A DNA stretch of 64,000 nucleotides from Lysobacterales bacterium (GTDB lineage Bacteria > Pseudomonadota > Gammaproteobacteria > Xanthomonadales > SZUA-5), in assembly GCA_022844165.1 (NCBI GenBank), contig JALHMH010000006.1:32001-96000 (forward strand), written 5' to 3'. The notes under the pieces were generated by a model. That model made no database searches, was not told the DNA's origin, and was given only the letters and a program-made list of their open reading frames with translations. Made by a program: the position numbers and the translations under genes. This document shows, piece after piece, positions 48,319 through 57,655 of this stretch; position 1 is the first letter of the stretch; every line of letters starts with the position of its first letter.

Positions 48319-48388
48319 GGGTTTTCCAGTGATTGAACGAGCAGTCGATGTCGAGCGTTGGAAGGTCTTCGGCCGGACGCGGAGCTAC

Positions 48389-49819
48389 CTAAATCGTAAA
48401 CTCAACCAAATACTCCAGGCGCTGTTGATTCGGCGAGTACACCACATACTCGTCGTCGGCGAATTGCGATGGCGAGAGCAGTTTGTGACGCACGCCGTGG
48501 CATGAATCGTAGCCCGGCGGTGGGCTTTCGAGCCCATACGTGATCTTCGTGTACGGCGCCATCTTGCCCAGCGCGACGCGCGCCAGCGCCATGAAACGCG
48601 TGCCTTTTTTGCCGGGCGTGGTGTAAAAGGCGCTGGTGCAGGCGGCGTCGCCGAAGTAGATGCCATGGCCAAGCCATCCGGCGTCGGTGCGATTGACGCC
48701 CATACCGACCACAATCTTCGGCATCAAAATGCCGCGCGACAACAAGCCCACCCAGTTGCGAATCCGCGAGCCGTGGAACAACAACCGCTGGTTGTCGATA
48801 TGCGTGGTGAACCCATCCCACTCGCCTTTGCGCTTGAGCGTGTAGATGGCTTTGACTTTGATGTTCTTGCTCTTGATCTGCGACTTCAGCACGTAGCGTT
48901 CGATTTCGTCGTAGGCACTGCCTTGACCCAAAGTGGCGACTTCGCAGTGAAGCGCCTGATATTTGGCATCGATCTCGTCCTCGAACAAGACACTGCCGGC
49001 CTCGCCGTTGACTTGCAGCATGTCTTTCATCAGCTGCAAGGTTTCTTGCTTCTGCTCGAATTCGGCGGGGGTGTCGATGACCGCTTCGGCGATCGCCTCG
49101 CGGGTGCGACCGATACGATGCGGAATGCAGGTGTAGAACTCGCCCGACAGTGCCTCGATTTTGTCTTGCAGTTTGCCGTTGGCCTTTTTGCTCGACTCGA
49201 AGATCTTGAACAGCTCGGCCAGGATCGCCTCGCCTTTTTCGATCTGCCCGAGCGTCAAAACGCCGAGCGGCGTTTCGATGCCGTTGGCCGTGATCTTGGC
49301 CGCAACGGTGTTGACCAGTGCGGTCGTGGCCTCATCGTAGATGTAGCGAATCAGCGCCTGGATATCACCCGTCAGCGACGACGGTGGGCGCGCCGCGCGC
49401 TTCTCTTTTTCGCCCTCGATACGCTCCAGCGTCTTGGCGTCGATCTGCCCACTGGAGGCGCCGCGCGCCTTATGCGAACCGATTTTGCTCGAGGCCAGCG
49501 AAACTTCTTTGTAGCCTTTGCTGGCCCCGGTTTTTTCCCGGTAGATCTGCTGGTAACAGACTTCTCCCTCGGCGCGCGTCGCGAAGTGTCGCGTCTCACG
49601 AGCACCCGCACCGGGATTGGTTTCCAGATCATCGGTACGACCGTAATGCGTGAAGACGCGAAACTTGCCGCCGCCTTCATGCAATTCGATCGCGTAGTAC
49701 TTGTTGTGATTGCTCTTGATATCGGTGACCTGCAGCACCGCCTTTTGCAGCACTTCGAAATCTTCCGGAAAGCTCGGCTCGTCGCTGGCGCCGAATTTGT
49801 AGGCTTTGGGTTTGGCCAT
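48389..49819 (-). CDS. Bacterial PARP: WGR + regulatory helical domain + catalytic domain
   Basis: NHNKYYAIEL..THYGR (WGR); LSGEFYTCIPH (PARP_reg); LLFHGS, GHGIYFGD and DEYVVY give the H-Y-E triad. Confidence 0.93.
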   Translation of the reverse strand: MAKPKAYKFGASDEPSFPEDFEVLQKAVLQVTDIKSNHNKYYAIELHEGGGKFRVFTHYGRTDDLETNPGAGARETRHFATRAEGEVCYQQIYREKTGASKGYKEVSLASSKIGSHKARGASSGQIDAKTLERIEGEKEKRAARPPSSLTGDIQALIRYIYDEATTALVNTVAAKITANGIETPLGVLTLGQIEKGEAILAELFKIFESSKKANGKLQDKIEALSGEFYTCIPHRIGRTREAIAEAVIDTPAEFEQKQETLQLMKDMLQVNGEAGSVLFEDEIDAKYQALHCEVATLGQGSAYDEIERYVLKSQIKSKNIKVKAIYTLKRKGEWDGFTTHIDNQRLLFHGSRIRNWVGLLSRGILMPKIVVGMGVNRTDAGWLGHGIYFGDAACTSAFYTTPGKKGTRFMALARVALGKMAPYTKITYGLESPPPGYDSCHGVRHKLLSPSQFADDEYVVYSPNQQRLEYLVEFTI

Positions 49820-49859
49820 GTGCGTGAAAAAGCGGGCGAAGGCGGCAGACTACCTGTCT

Positions 49860-50876
49860 TCACACACGCATTGCCAGCGCACGCAAGTCATCCGATCGTT
49901 CAACGTCGCGCACCCAGTGCGCGGGCAGGGCATCGATGCCCAAACGTGCCCCCACCAGGGCACCGGCCAGCGTCGCCAGCGAATCGCTGTCGCCGGGCGA
50001 ATTGGCGCCCGCCAGGATCGCACCCGGCGCATCGTCTTTGTACCGCGCGAACAGGTACACCGCAGCAGCAATCGCCTCGTGCGCCGCCCAACCGCGCAGG
50101 CGATCGAGCGTCACCACCGGTTCCACGCCGTCGCGCGCTTCGTCGAAAGCGCGCTGCATCATGACAGCGGTTGGCGGCGAATAACGCGCCGCCGCCGAGA
50201 TCATGGATTCAATCGCACGTTCCGCCGGCCAATCGTGCAACACCCGCGCAACGCCGACAGCCATCGCCGCGCTCGCTGCCAGCGCAATCGGATCGCGATG
50301 CGTCAGCTTCGAATGCGCCACCGCCCAGTCCTCGGCGCGCTGCACATCGTCCCGATACAACAGTCCGAACGGATAGGCGCGCATCACCGAACCGCAGCCA
50401 CCCGCTGCCTCTCCGCCGGCCAGCTGCCAGGGCGTGCCACTGGCCAACGCGCGGCAACCGGCCATACACGCGTTTCCTGGCGCACGATGACCGCCCTGCG
50501 GCGCCTGCGCCCAGGCCACAAATGCGCGGCTCATGCGGCGCATCGCGGCATCCAGATCTTCGTCGGCATTGCGGCTATCGAGCAGGCTCGCCAACACCGC
50601 TTCGGCCATTTGGGTGTCGTCGGTGTACGGCGCGAAACGCTGTCCACCACGCTCCCAATAAAGCTCGAAGCCGCGCACACCGTCCGATCCGTAACGCAAC
50701 TCGATCTGACTCATCGACATAAACTCGGTGGGATGACCCATCGCATCGCCAATCGCCGCCCCAAGCACGCATCCGACGACCGCTCGCTGCATCGGCCGAA
50801 TCGGCGCCGCCGGCGGCGATCCGCTCACCACGGGCCACTGCAACTGCAATTGCGCGATCAGCTCATCTGACGCCAT
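49860..50876 (-). CDS. ADP-ribosylglycohydrolase (ARH/DraG family)
   Basis: GAAIGDAMG, YTDDTQM, GCGSVMR, GDSDSLATLAGALVGA. Confidence 0.93.
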   Translation of the reverse strand: MASDELIAQLQLQWPVVSGSPPAAPIRPMQRAVVGCVLGAAIGDAMGHPTEFMSMSQIELRYGSDGVRGFELYWERGGQRFAPYTDDTQMAEAVLASLLDSRNADEDLDAAMRRMSRAFVAWAQAPQGGHRAPGNACMAGCRALASGTPWQLAGGEAAGGCGSVMRAYPFGLLYRDDVQRAEDWAVAHSKLTHRDPIALAASAAMAVGVARVLHDWPAERAIESMISAAARYSPPTAVMMQRAFDEARDGVEPVVTLDRLRGWAAHEAIAAAVYLFARYKDDAPGAILAGANSPGDSDSLATLAGALVGARLGIDALPAHWVRDVERSDDLRALAMRV

Positions 50877-50933
50877 TTAGAAGGGCTCCGGTTCACTTCA
50901 AGAAAGTCTAGCTGACGACCAGACCGCAGCACA

Positions 50934-50960
50934 TTGAACTTTCAGGCTGCGCCATGCAGC
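50934..50960 (+). repeat. 27-bp direct repeat, left copy (att-like)
   Basis: TTGAACTTTCAGGCTGCGCCATGCAGC, identical to 59976-60002. Confidence 0.9.
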
Positions 50961-53014
50961 GACTCGCACATGGAATTGTCGAGATCCGCAAGAAATTCCG
51001 AAGCCGGTCGAACACTGGTCACCAACAAGCGCTCTCGGGCACGTGTGCTGGCGACATACAACAAGTGTCGCTCAGTGGCATAGACATTCGCCAAATCGGC
51101 CTCATCGCTGATGGCCTCGATGCGGGATTGCAGCGGAACGATCTCATCATCGCAAGCCATCACGGCAACAGCGCGGAACTCCAGACCCTTCGCCAGGTGC
51201 ATCGCACCGATCGAGATAGCACCCACTGACGTATCGGCATGCTCGTCAAGTAGCTTGAATTGCAACCCTGCCGTTGTGGCAGCGGCTTTAGCACGCTCAA
51301 GTTGCTCGAAGGAACGAACGAAAAGCGCTATTTCATGGAGCGAAATTAGCTCTCCAGCGCGTGCACATAGCCACTGCGCAACATGCGCTATCTCCTGGGC
51401 TTCGCTATCGAAGCACCGAATGATTGGCGCGGGCCCGTTAAACACCGAGATAGTGCCGCGGCGGCTATCGGTATTGCCGTCGACATCGGAAATTTCCTCG
51501 TCAAGCAGACGATCGGCCTGGATTCGAATTTGGTGGGACGTGCGGTAATTCACCTTCAGCGTACGCGAGCGACCGCGCACATCGACACCCAGTGTGGCCC
51601 AAGAAAAAGGCGTCTGGAAGATCCGCTGCCCCAAATCGCCGGCGAAGAACAGCCCATTCGCGTGATCGCCCGATAAGGCCGCAAGGAAGCGCAACTGCGC
51701 GACGCTAATGTCCTGCGCCTCGTCGATTACCGCATGCTGATAAGGTCGATTCGCTTGCTGCTGTTCGGCAAGCCGGTGGAACATTGCCGCCCGCGTCATC
51801 AACTGAGCCGTTTCAAGCGCTTGCCAGACGCGCTCGAACACCTGCCACAACGCGGCACGCTGCGCCTCGTTGAGCCGCGTCTTGCGTCCCAAACGCTTGA
51901 CGTCGCGATAGGCTTCCCAAGTGCGCAACTGCCAGGCGTCGACGATCTCCTGCCACTCCTGGCGCACGAACGCGACATTGAATCGAAGATTCTCGCCGCG
52001 CGTCGCGCCTGCGAGCATTTGCGCAACGTCTGCGTCGCTCGCCAAAGAGCCGCGCTTGCCGAAGAGCCGCTCGCCGAGAGCGTCCATAGCGTACACATCG
52101 ATGCGCTCGCCGAGCCTGGGCTGAGCTTTGATGAGCTTGCGCAAACGATTGTGCAGCGCGTTGGCGAGCGTTTCCGAGAAGGTCGCCAGCAGCACACGCG
52201 CATCGGGGTCGCGGCGCGCCAGAAACACCGCGCGATGCAGCGCGACGATGGTTTTTCCAGTGCCGGCTGACCCGGTGACGCGAGCGGGCCCTGAGTAGTC
52301 GCGTTCGACGATCTGCGTCTGCGCGGGATGCAGGAACACGAGCCACTTGTCCCACGGATATTCGAGCGCTTGCGCCAGCGCATCCACATCATTCACCACG
52401 CGGAAGCGTCGCTGTGCGTCCGGATGCGCAAACGGATCGCCGTGCCGCGTTGGCGATGGGGTTGGCGTTCCACCCGTTGCCAGCGTCAACAGCGCTTCGG
52501 ACGCCTCTGCGGGTAGCCTGCCTGCCAGTTCCAGCAAGCCGTCCTCGTTGGCAGCCTTGATCGCGCGCAGCCAGTCTGGCGGAACGCCGAACGACAGCAG
52601 ATCGCCATCGGCGACGTTCGCGAGCGGCGGCGGCGATGGCTCGGGGTAAGCGAACGAAGCCCTCGCGGTGGCGACCTCACGCACCGTCTCGCGAATCTCC
52701 ACCCATTGCGCCGCGCCTGTCGTCGGATGCGTCTCCAGCTTTCGTCGCTCCGCCCACGCGTACGCCTTGTCGTGGTGGTCGACGAAACACAGCAGCAAAC
52801 TCCCTGCCGTGCGATGCACGATCAGCCGCACATCCGCATTGACGCGCACCGACCAGAAATTCGCATCGCGCGCGCGATCGAGCTTATGAAAACTGTGCCC
52901 CGGATTCGCCGGATTCAACTGCAGATCGAATGCGGTCGTCTTCACCGCCTTTTGCTCGTCGCCCGTGAGGCGCGCAAGACTGTCGGTGAAGCTGTCGGCG
53001 ATGCGGAAGTTCAT
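50942..53014 (-). CDS. UvrD/SF1 helicase with N-terminal RelE/ParE-like domain
   Basis: GSAGTGKT, IDEAQD, GDLGQRIF, NYRT, HLAKGLEF, LYVASTRAR; N-terminal F..SL..L....NPGHSFHKL..FWSVRVNADVRLIV RelE-like segment. Confidence 0.88.
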   Translation of the reverse strand: MNFRIADSFTDSLARLTGDEQKAVKTTAFDLQLNPANPGHSFHKLDRARDANFWSVRVNADVRLIVHRTAGSLLLCFVDHHDKAYAWAERRKLETHPTTGAAQWVEIRETVREVATARASFAYPEPSPPPLANVADGDLLSFGVPPDWLRAIKAANEDGLLELAGRLPAEASEALLTLATGGTPTPSPTRHGDPFAHPDAQRRFRVVNDVDALAQALEYPWDKWLVFLHPAQTQIVERDYSGPARVTGSAGTGKTIVALHRAVFLARRDPDARVLLATFSETLANALHNRLRKLIKAQPRLGERIDVYAMDALGERLFGKRGSLASDADVAQMLAGATRGENLRFNVAFVRQEWQEIVDAWQLRTWEAYRDVKRLGRKTRLNEAQRAALWQVFERVWQALETAQLMTRAAMFHRLAEQQQANRPYQHAVIDEAQDISVAQLRFLAALSGDHANGLFFAGDLGQRIFQTPFSWATLGVDVRGRSRTLKVNYRTSHQIRIQADRLLDEEISDVDGNTDSRRGTISVFNGPAPIIRCFDSEAQEIAHVAQWLCARAGELISLHEIALFVRSFEQLERAKAAATTAGLQFKLLDEHADTSVGAISIGAMHLAKGLEFRAVAVMACDDEIVPLQSRIEAISDEADLANVYATERHLLYVASTRARERLLVTSVRPASEFLADLDNSMCESLHGAA

Positions 53015-53430
53015 GGCGCGGGGACAAGTCGCGCACCATTGGCGATGACCATTGCGATCCGTTTCCGATCCGCCTTTTCGCGCTCAGGATCCGCAGAAAC
53101 CGGCCAGCCCACAATATTGGCGTGGCGTGGCGGCGGCTCAACTGGCGCCACGACTAGCCCAGCTTGGGAAACGTTGCCGACAGTTGTAACGGCAACCCGT
53201 TTGACCGCCTTTCCGCGATCCTTTGCTATGGCTTCACACGTTGCCTGCAGGAGACCTAGGTCGGCGTCGCACTGCCGGAAAACCGATGTTTCGTTGTTCT
53301 TCGCTGGCATAAACGCCGAGTGCTTTGGTCCGGATGTATTGAACTCGTTGTCGGAGAACAGCGCCCGCGATAGCGTCTCGTCAGGCGCGGGAATTGAGCT
53401 GAGACCCGATGAGAGCACCCCGCTTTCCAT
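53011..53430 (-). CDS. Small hypothetical protein, possibly ART/RES-like fold
   Basis: ETLSRAL / ETSVFR / RHANIVGWP pattern; ATGA overlap with the helicase gene; start uncertain. Confidence 0.55.
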   Translation of the reverse strand: MESGVLSSGLSSIPAPDETLSRALFSDNEFNTSGPKHSAFMPAKNNETSVFRQCDADLGLLQATCEAIAKDRGKAVKRVAVTTVGNVSQAGLVVAPVEPPPRHANIVGWPVSADPEREKADRKRIAMVIANGARLVPAP

Positions 53431-53932
53431 ACACTTCCTCAATTTCGTTCAACAAACGGTTCGGCCAACGACCATTTCGGAACAGCTCAACACCACTACC
53501 GCTGCACGCGCCGTTGAGCCACGCGAAAGCCAATCGCTCGGTGCCGTTGGCGCTGACACTCAAGTGGCCCGAACCGCAGAACCAATCTAGTGCAATGGCC
53601 CCATCGTTTTCAGCTGTAAGGTCTGGCAATGGCACATCTGCAGGCAGTGCACGGATCAACTCTAGCGCTAAGTGCGCTGCAGCGATCGACATTGGACTTG
53701 CATCGTAGCCATCCCAACCTTCTTCCGAGCAGTCGTTGTACAAGCGCCATAGACGATCGATCAAACTTGCTCGGGGACCGAACAACGCCACGGAACTCTC
53801 GCTGTGCGAGCGGCTTTCCGCCAACGCATTCCGCAACGTTTCTGCCTCCTGCGTCGTCCCGCTATCGTCTAGCGTCAGCGCCGAAACTGCGAAGCAGGCT
53901 GAAAATGCCGTCAATTGAACAGTGCGAGACAT
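53381..53932 (-). CDS. Hypothetical protein in TIGR04255 cassette
   Basis: EEGWDGYDA.P and P.L..ENDGAI.LDW motifs; overlaps both neighbours. Confidence 0.6.
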   Translation of the reverse strand: MSRTVQLTAFSACFAVSALTLDDSGTTQEAETLRNALAESRSHSESSVALFGPRASLIDRLWRLYNDCSEEGWDGYDASPMSIAAAHLALELIRALPADVPLPDLTAENDGAIALDWFCGSGHLSVSANGTERLAFAWLNGACSGSGVELFRNGRWPNRLLNEIEEVYGKRGALIGSQLNSRA

Positions 53933-54660
53933 TCATCCCCCAAGGACTTAAAGAATGCGCGGTTTTTTGTCGCACGCAGAGTTGCAAGATAAGTGGCCAG
54001 CGCCAAGTCTCTCGGCGCACAATCGCAGTGCACCAAAGATTCGATGTCAAGTATGACGGGTAAGTGGTATCGAGTCGGTGGGCGAGACGCCACCGAAAGC
54101 ACCACTTGAACTCCAGTGCCTCGTTCCATCATGACGGTTCGGCTGCTGAAATCAGTGAAATCGAACTCGTTCTCGTCGGGCGCACGAGGGCCCACCTTTA
54201 GATAGTTGTCGAGATCTACTTTTCCGTCTGTCAGCGGAATCTCGATCTTGTTGATGAAACGCATCCTCACTGACCGCACACGCTCCGGATCGACGATCTC
54301 GCTGAACTGACCCCAGCGAGTCTCGACTTCAAGCTGGTACTGGTCAAAATCGGCATACGGAGCAAGACGATTGAAGGAAAACCCTTGCCGTCGCGCCTGA
54401 ATCAATTGCTTCTCGTCGCTCTGATAGAACATCAAAGACTCAAGCCCAGCGCTCGAACTGACCGTTCCAGGAACGCCCGCGCGCTTGTGAAGCCGAAGCG
54501 CGTCGAATTCCCGTTCTTTGACCACAGGGTAGCTCTCCAAGTAAGCCTGCGCCAAGCGCTCGCGCACGTTGCCAAGAACGAATCCAGGTCGCATTTCGAC
54601 ATCGATATCGACGACTGCTTCAACGATCGGTGCCTTTGCCAGTGCTGGAAACACATCCAT
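53911..54660 (-). CDS. TIGR04255 family protein
   Basis: L.KAPIVEAVVDI, Y..FD.Y, RMRFINKI, ILDIE and L...KNRAFF family motifs. Confidence 0.8.
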   Translation of the reverse strand: MDVFPALAKAPIVEAVVDIDVEMRPGFVLGNVRERLAQAYLESYPVVKEREFDALRLHKRAGVPGTVSSSAGLESLMFYQSDEKQLIQARRQGFSFNRLAPYADFDQYQLEVETRWGQFSEIVDPERVRSVRMRFINKIEIPLTDGKVDLDNYLKVGPRAPDENEFDFTDFSSRTVMMERGTGVQVVLSVASRPPTRYHLPVILDIESLVHCDCAPRDLALATYLATLRATKNRAFFKSLGDECLALFN

Positions 54661-54715
54661 GTCTGAAAATCCTCAATCAAGCCACTTAGACTTTTCTGGA
54701 ACCCGATAGTTCGAC

Positions 54716-57559
54716 CTACTCGACCCTAAACACCTTCATCACCTCATCCCCCAGGTGATTGATGACTTTGACCGCGATGCGGCCGGTGGTGGGTTTGTCG
54801 AAAGGCCGTGAGATGGCGCTGTTGAGGGTGGCCCAGGCTTCTTCGTTGATCTCGGCCTTGAGTGTGGTTTTCAAGGCTTTGTACGGGTCGCCAGCGCCTA
54901 AGAAATAGGCGTGGCGGACGAAGAAGCTTTCTTCGTTGTAGTCGGTGTCGATGAACCAGCAGGCGATGCCGTCGGGGCCATCGGAGCGGACTTCGCCGGT
55001 GCTGGGGTGGAAAACATCGACGCCGTGGATCTGGACGCGGATTTGCGGCGCAGCATCCAGGATTTCGATATCGGGCTCGCCGAAGATCACGAACAAATTG
55101 CCCTTGCCGGTGTTCTTCAAATCCTCGGCCATGTGCAGATCGGCGTTCATGCGCGCTTTGAGCACCGGGATGCGGCCGAGTTTGCTGAAGTCGCTGCTAT
55201 GCGCGTCGAAGCTGAAGGCGCAGGCGATCAGCACATCGAAGCCGGCATCGCCGGCTTCGCGCGCAGCGGCGACGAGATCGGGGCGGGCAACGGTGCCGAA
55301 CTCGGGGCCGATGAACACCGCCGCGCGGCGCTCAATGGATTTGATGGCGCGCGTATCGCCCTGGCCTTCCATCAGCAATTCTGGATACCGCCCCTCGGCG
55401 CAGATCAGATCGCCGGGCCACGGCACCAACGTTGTGAAATTGATCTTGCCGTCCTTGTGGGCCTGCTGCACGCCTGCGCTGCGCAAGGTGTCGAGCATCA
55501 GCGCAGTGAAGTCGCGTTCCTCAGCGCCGTACTTCGGTGTGTCCTCGCCGACACCGATCAGTTGATCGTCCGCATCGACCGGGAGCACGCGGTGCGGCGA
55601 GAGGCTTTCGACCGTAAACGGCCCAGCGACACGAACCTTTTTTTTGTCCTCATAAGGCTTGTCATACAGGTACTCGAACTCGGCCTTGGCCGCGATGGAG
55701 GCATCAATCTCGCGCTGGCGTTGGATGCGTGCGGCCCACCATTCCGAGTGCAGCTTCTTGGCGTCTTGAGAAACACGCGGCGGCTTGCGATCAAGCGCTT
55801 CGTCAAGATCGCGCGGCACCTCCCACTCTCGCCACGCGGTCTCTAGTTGCTGATTCAGCGCCTCGCGCAACGGTTCGAGTTTTTCTTGCCAACGCTCCCA
55901 AATCACATCGATCTCGGCATTGTTGGCGATCGACTTCAACGTGATATGCGGCACGCGCTCGTAGACAAAGCCTTGGCGCACATTGCCACGCGTCGCGGCG
56001 CTACTCGGCGCGCTGCGCGTGACCTCGGCTTCCTTGAGTTGCCCATCGCGACTGTCGGCGAGCAGGTAAAACGGATAGCGCGCGCCCATGATTCGCGCGC
56101 GGGCCAGTGCCAAAGCTACTCGCGAGGTATCGATGGTGATCCAGCGGCGGCCCCATTGTTCGGCGACATGTGCTGTTGTTCCGGATCCGCAGGTGGGGTC
56201 GAGGACGAGGTCGCCGGGATCGGTGCTCATCAATAGGCAGCGCTCTATGACCTTTGCGTTTGTTTGAACGACGTAGACCTTCTCATCGGTGAACGCACCG
56301 GTCTGAGTATCCGTCCATACATTGCTGAACTTCGATACCGCGAAGTCTGCTAGGAATCGAACATATTGAACCGAGTTTGAAGTTGGACTGGCTATTCTGT
56401 CGCTCTTCAAGAGGCGTGTCATTCCAAGTTCGCTAGTCTTCCAGTAACCCCGTCCTGGCCGAAAATAGCGACCCTGATACTCGACACGGAAGGCTGACTT
56501 TTCGCTGCCGCTCTGGGATGTAAGGTTGTCATTTCGATAGATGGCTGCGTCCTGAGGGATCAACGAAGGATCGGAGCGCTCAGGCGCGGACATTGGTCGG
56601 CGGTTGAAGGGGCTCAACTCGACTCGCCGATAGCGACCTCCGACATCTTCAGTCAGCCCCTTGGATTTGAAAAGTCCTCGATACTTGAGCCGCTCTATTG
56701 AACGCGAGTACCAGAGCAAATAATTGCATGACGAGTCAAGAAACTGATCACCGAGGCCTGTCGTGGTTCTAAAGGAGATCTGCGAAACAAAGTTCTCCTC
56801 CCCAAACACCTCATCCATTACCGCCCGCACGCGGTGCACGTTCTCGTCGCCGATCTGCACGAAGATCGAGCCCGACTCGGTCAGCAACTCGCGCGCGACG
56901 GTGAGCCGATCGCGCAGATACGTCAGGTACGAGTGGATGCCGTCACGCCAGGTGTCTCGGAAGGCTTTGACTTGTTCTGGCTCGCGGGTGATGTGGTCAC
57001 TGCTGCCGTCTTTGACGTCGCGGCTGGTGGTCGACCACTGGAAGTTCGAGTTGAATTTGATGCCGTAGGGCGGATCGAAATAGATGCACTGCACTTGCCC
57101 GCGCAAACCTTCGCGCTCGGCCAGACTCGTCATCACCTGCAGCGAGTCGCCCAGGATCATGCGATTGGCCCAATGGCCATCGTGCTGGTAGAACTCGGTT
57201 TTGGCCTCGGATGACGGCAGGCCGTTGAAGTCGGCAAAAAGATCGGCCTGCCCGGCTGCGGGTTTGGCGGCCCGGCGGCGCAGCTCGTCGATCAACACTT
57301 TGGGATGCACTTTTTCCTGGATGTACAACGGCGGGGCGTGCACCACCAGGTCCGACCAGTCCTGCTGGTCCTTGCCGCGCCAGACCAATTGCGGATCCAG
57401 ATCCTTATTGCGCCGCGCATACGCCGTCCGCACCGGCGCGGCCTCGTCCTTGCGCAACACCGATTGATATTCCGCCGTCGGGATGTTCTTGCGCGTTGCC
57501 TCGTCGTGGGTGAGCGTTTCTACGCTGACTGGCGTCGGTTGCGCTGACTTTCTGGCCAT
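54716..57559 (-). CDS. Type III RM Mod-like adenine DNA methyltransferase
   Basis: NRMILGDSL, YFDPPYG (motif IV), LDPTCGSGTT (motif I), AVKVINHLGDEV C-terminus. Confidence 0.92.
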   Translation of the reverse strand: MARKSAQPTPVSVETLTHDEATRKNIPTAEYQSVLRKDEAAPVRTAYARRNKDLDPQLVWRGKDQQDWSDLVVHAPPLYIQEKVHPKVLIDELRRRAAKPAAGQADLFADFNGLPSSEAKTEFYQHDGHWANRMILGDSLQVMTSLAEREGLRGQVQCIYFDPPYGIKFNSNFQWSTTSRDVKDGSSDHITREPEQVKAFRDTWRDGIHSYLTYLRDRLTVARELLTESGSIFVQIGDENVHRVRAVMDEVFGEENFVSQISFRTTTGLGDQFLDSSCNYLLWYSRSIERLKYRGLFKSKGLTEDVGGRYRRVELSPFNRRPMSAPERSDPSLIPQDAAIYRNDNLTSQSGSEKSAFRVEYQGRYFRPGRGYWKTSELGMTRLLKSDRIASPTSNSVQYVRFLADFAVSKFSNVWTDTQTGAFTDEKVYVVQTNAKVIERCLLMSTDPGDLVLDPTCGSGTTAHVAEQWGRRWITIDTSRVALALARARIMGARYPFYLLADSRDGQLKEAEVTRSAPSSAATRGNVRQGFVYERVPHITLKSIANNAEIDVIWERWQEKLEPLREALNQQLETAWREWEVPRDLDEALDRKPPRVSQDAKKLHSEWWAARIQRQREIDASIAAKAEFEYLYDKPYEDKKKVRVAGPFTVESLSPHRVLPVDADDQLIGVGEDTPKYGAEERDFTALMLDTLRSAGVQQAHKDGKINFTTLVPWPGDLICAEGRYPELLMEGQGDTRAIKSIERRAAVFIGPEFGTVARPDLVAAAREAGDAGFDVLIACAFSFDAHSSDFSKLGRIPVLKARMNADLHMAEDLKNTGKGNLFVIFGEPDIEILDAAPQIRVQIHGVDVFHPSTGEVRSDGPDGIACWFIDTDYNEESFFVRHAYFLGAGDPYKALKTTLKAEINEEAWATLNSAISRPFDKPTTGRIAVKVINHLGDEVMKVFRVE

Positions 57560-57655
57560 GGCCTCAGCCGTCCCTTGATATGGCAACGAAGCGTGGCGAC
57601 GCTTGAAACCTTCGGGATCTGATCTGACAGGTGTGAACGGGATCGATGGCCATGC

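Noticed and set aside
48665-50870. Long plus-strand ORFs opposite PARP and ARH
   Set aside because: Antisense shadows of clearly identifiable genes.
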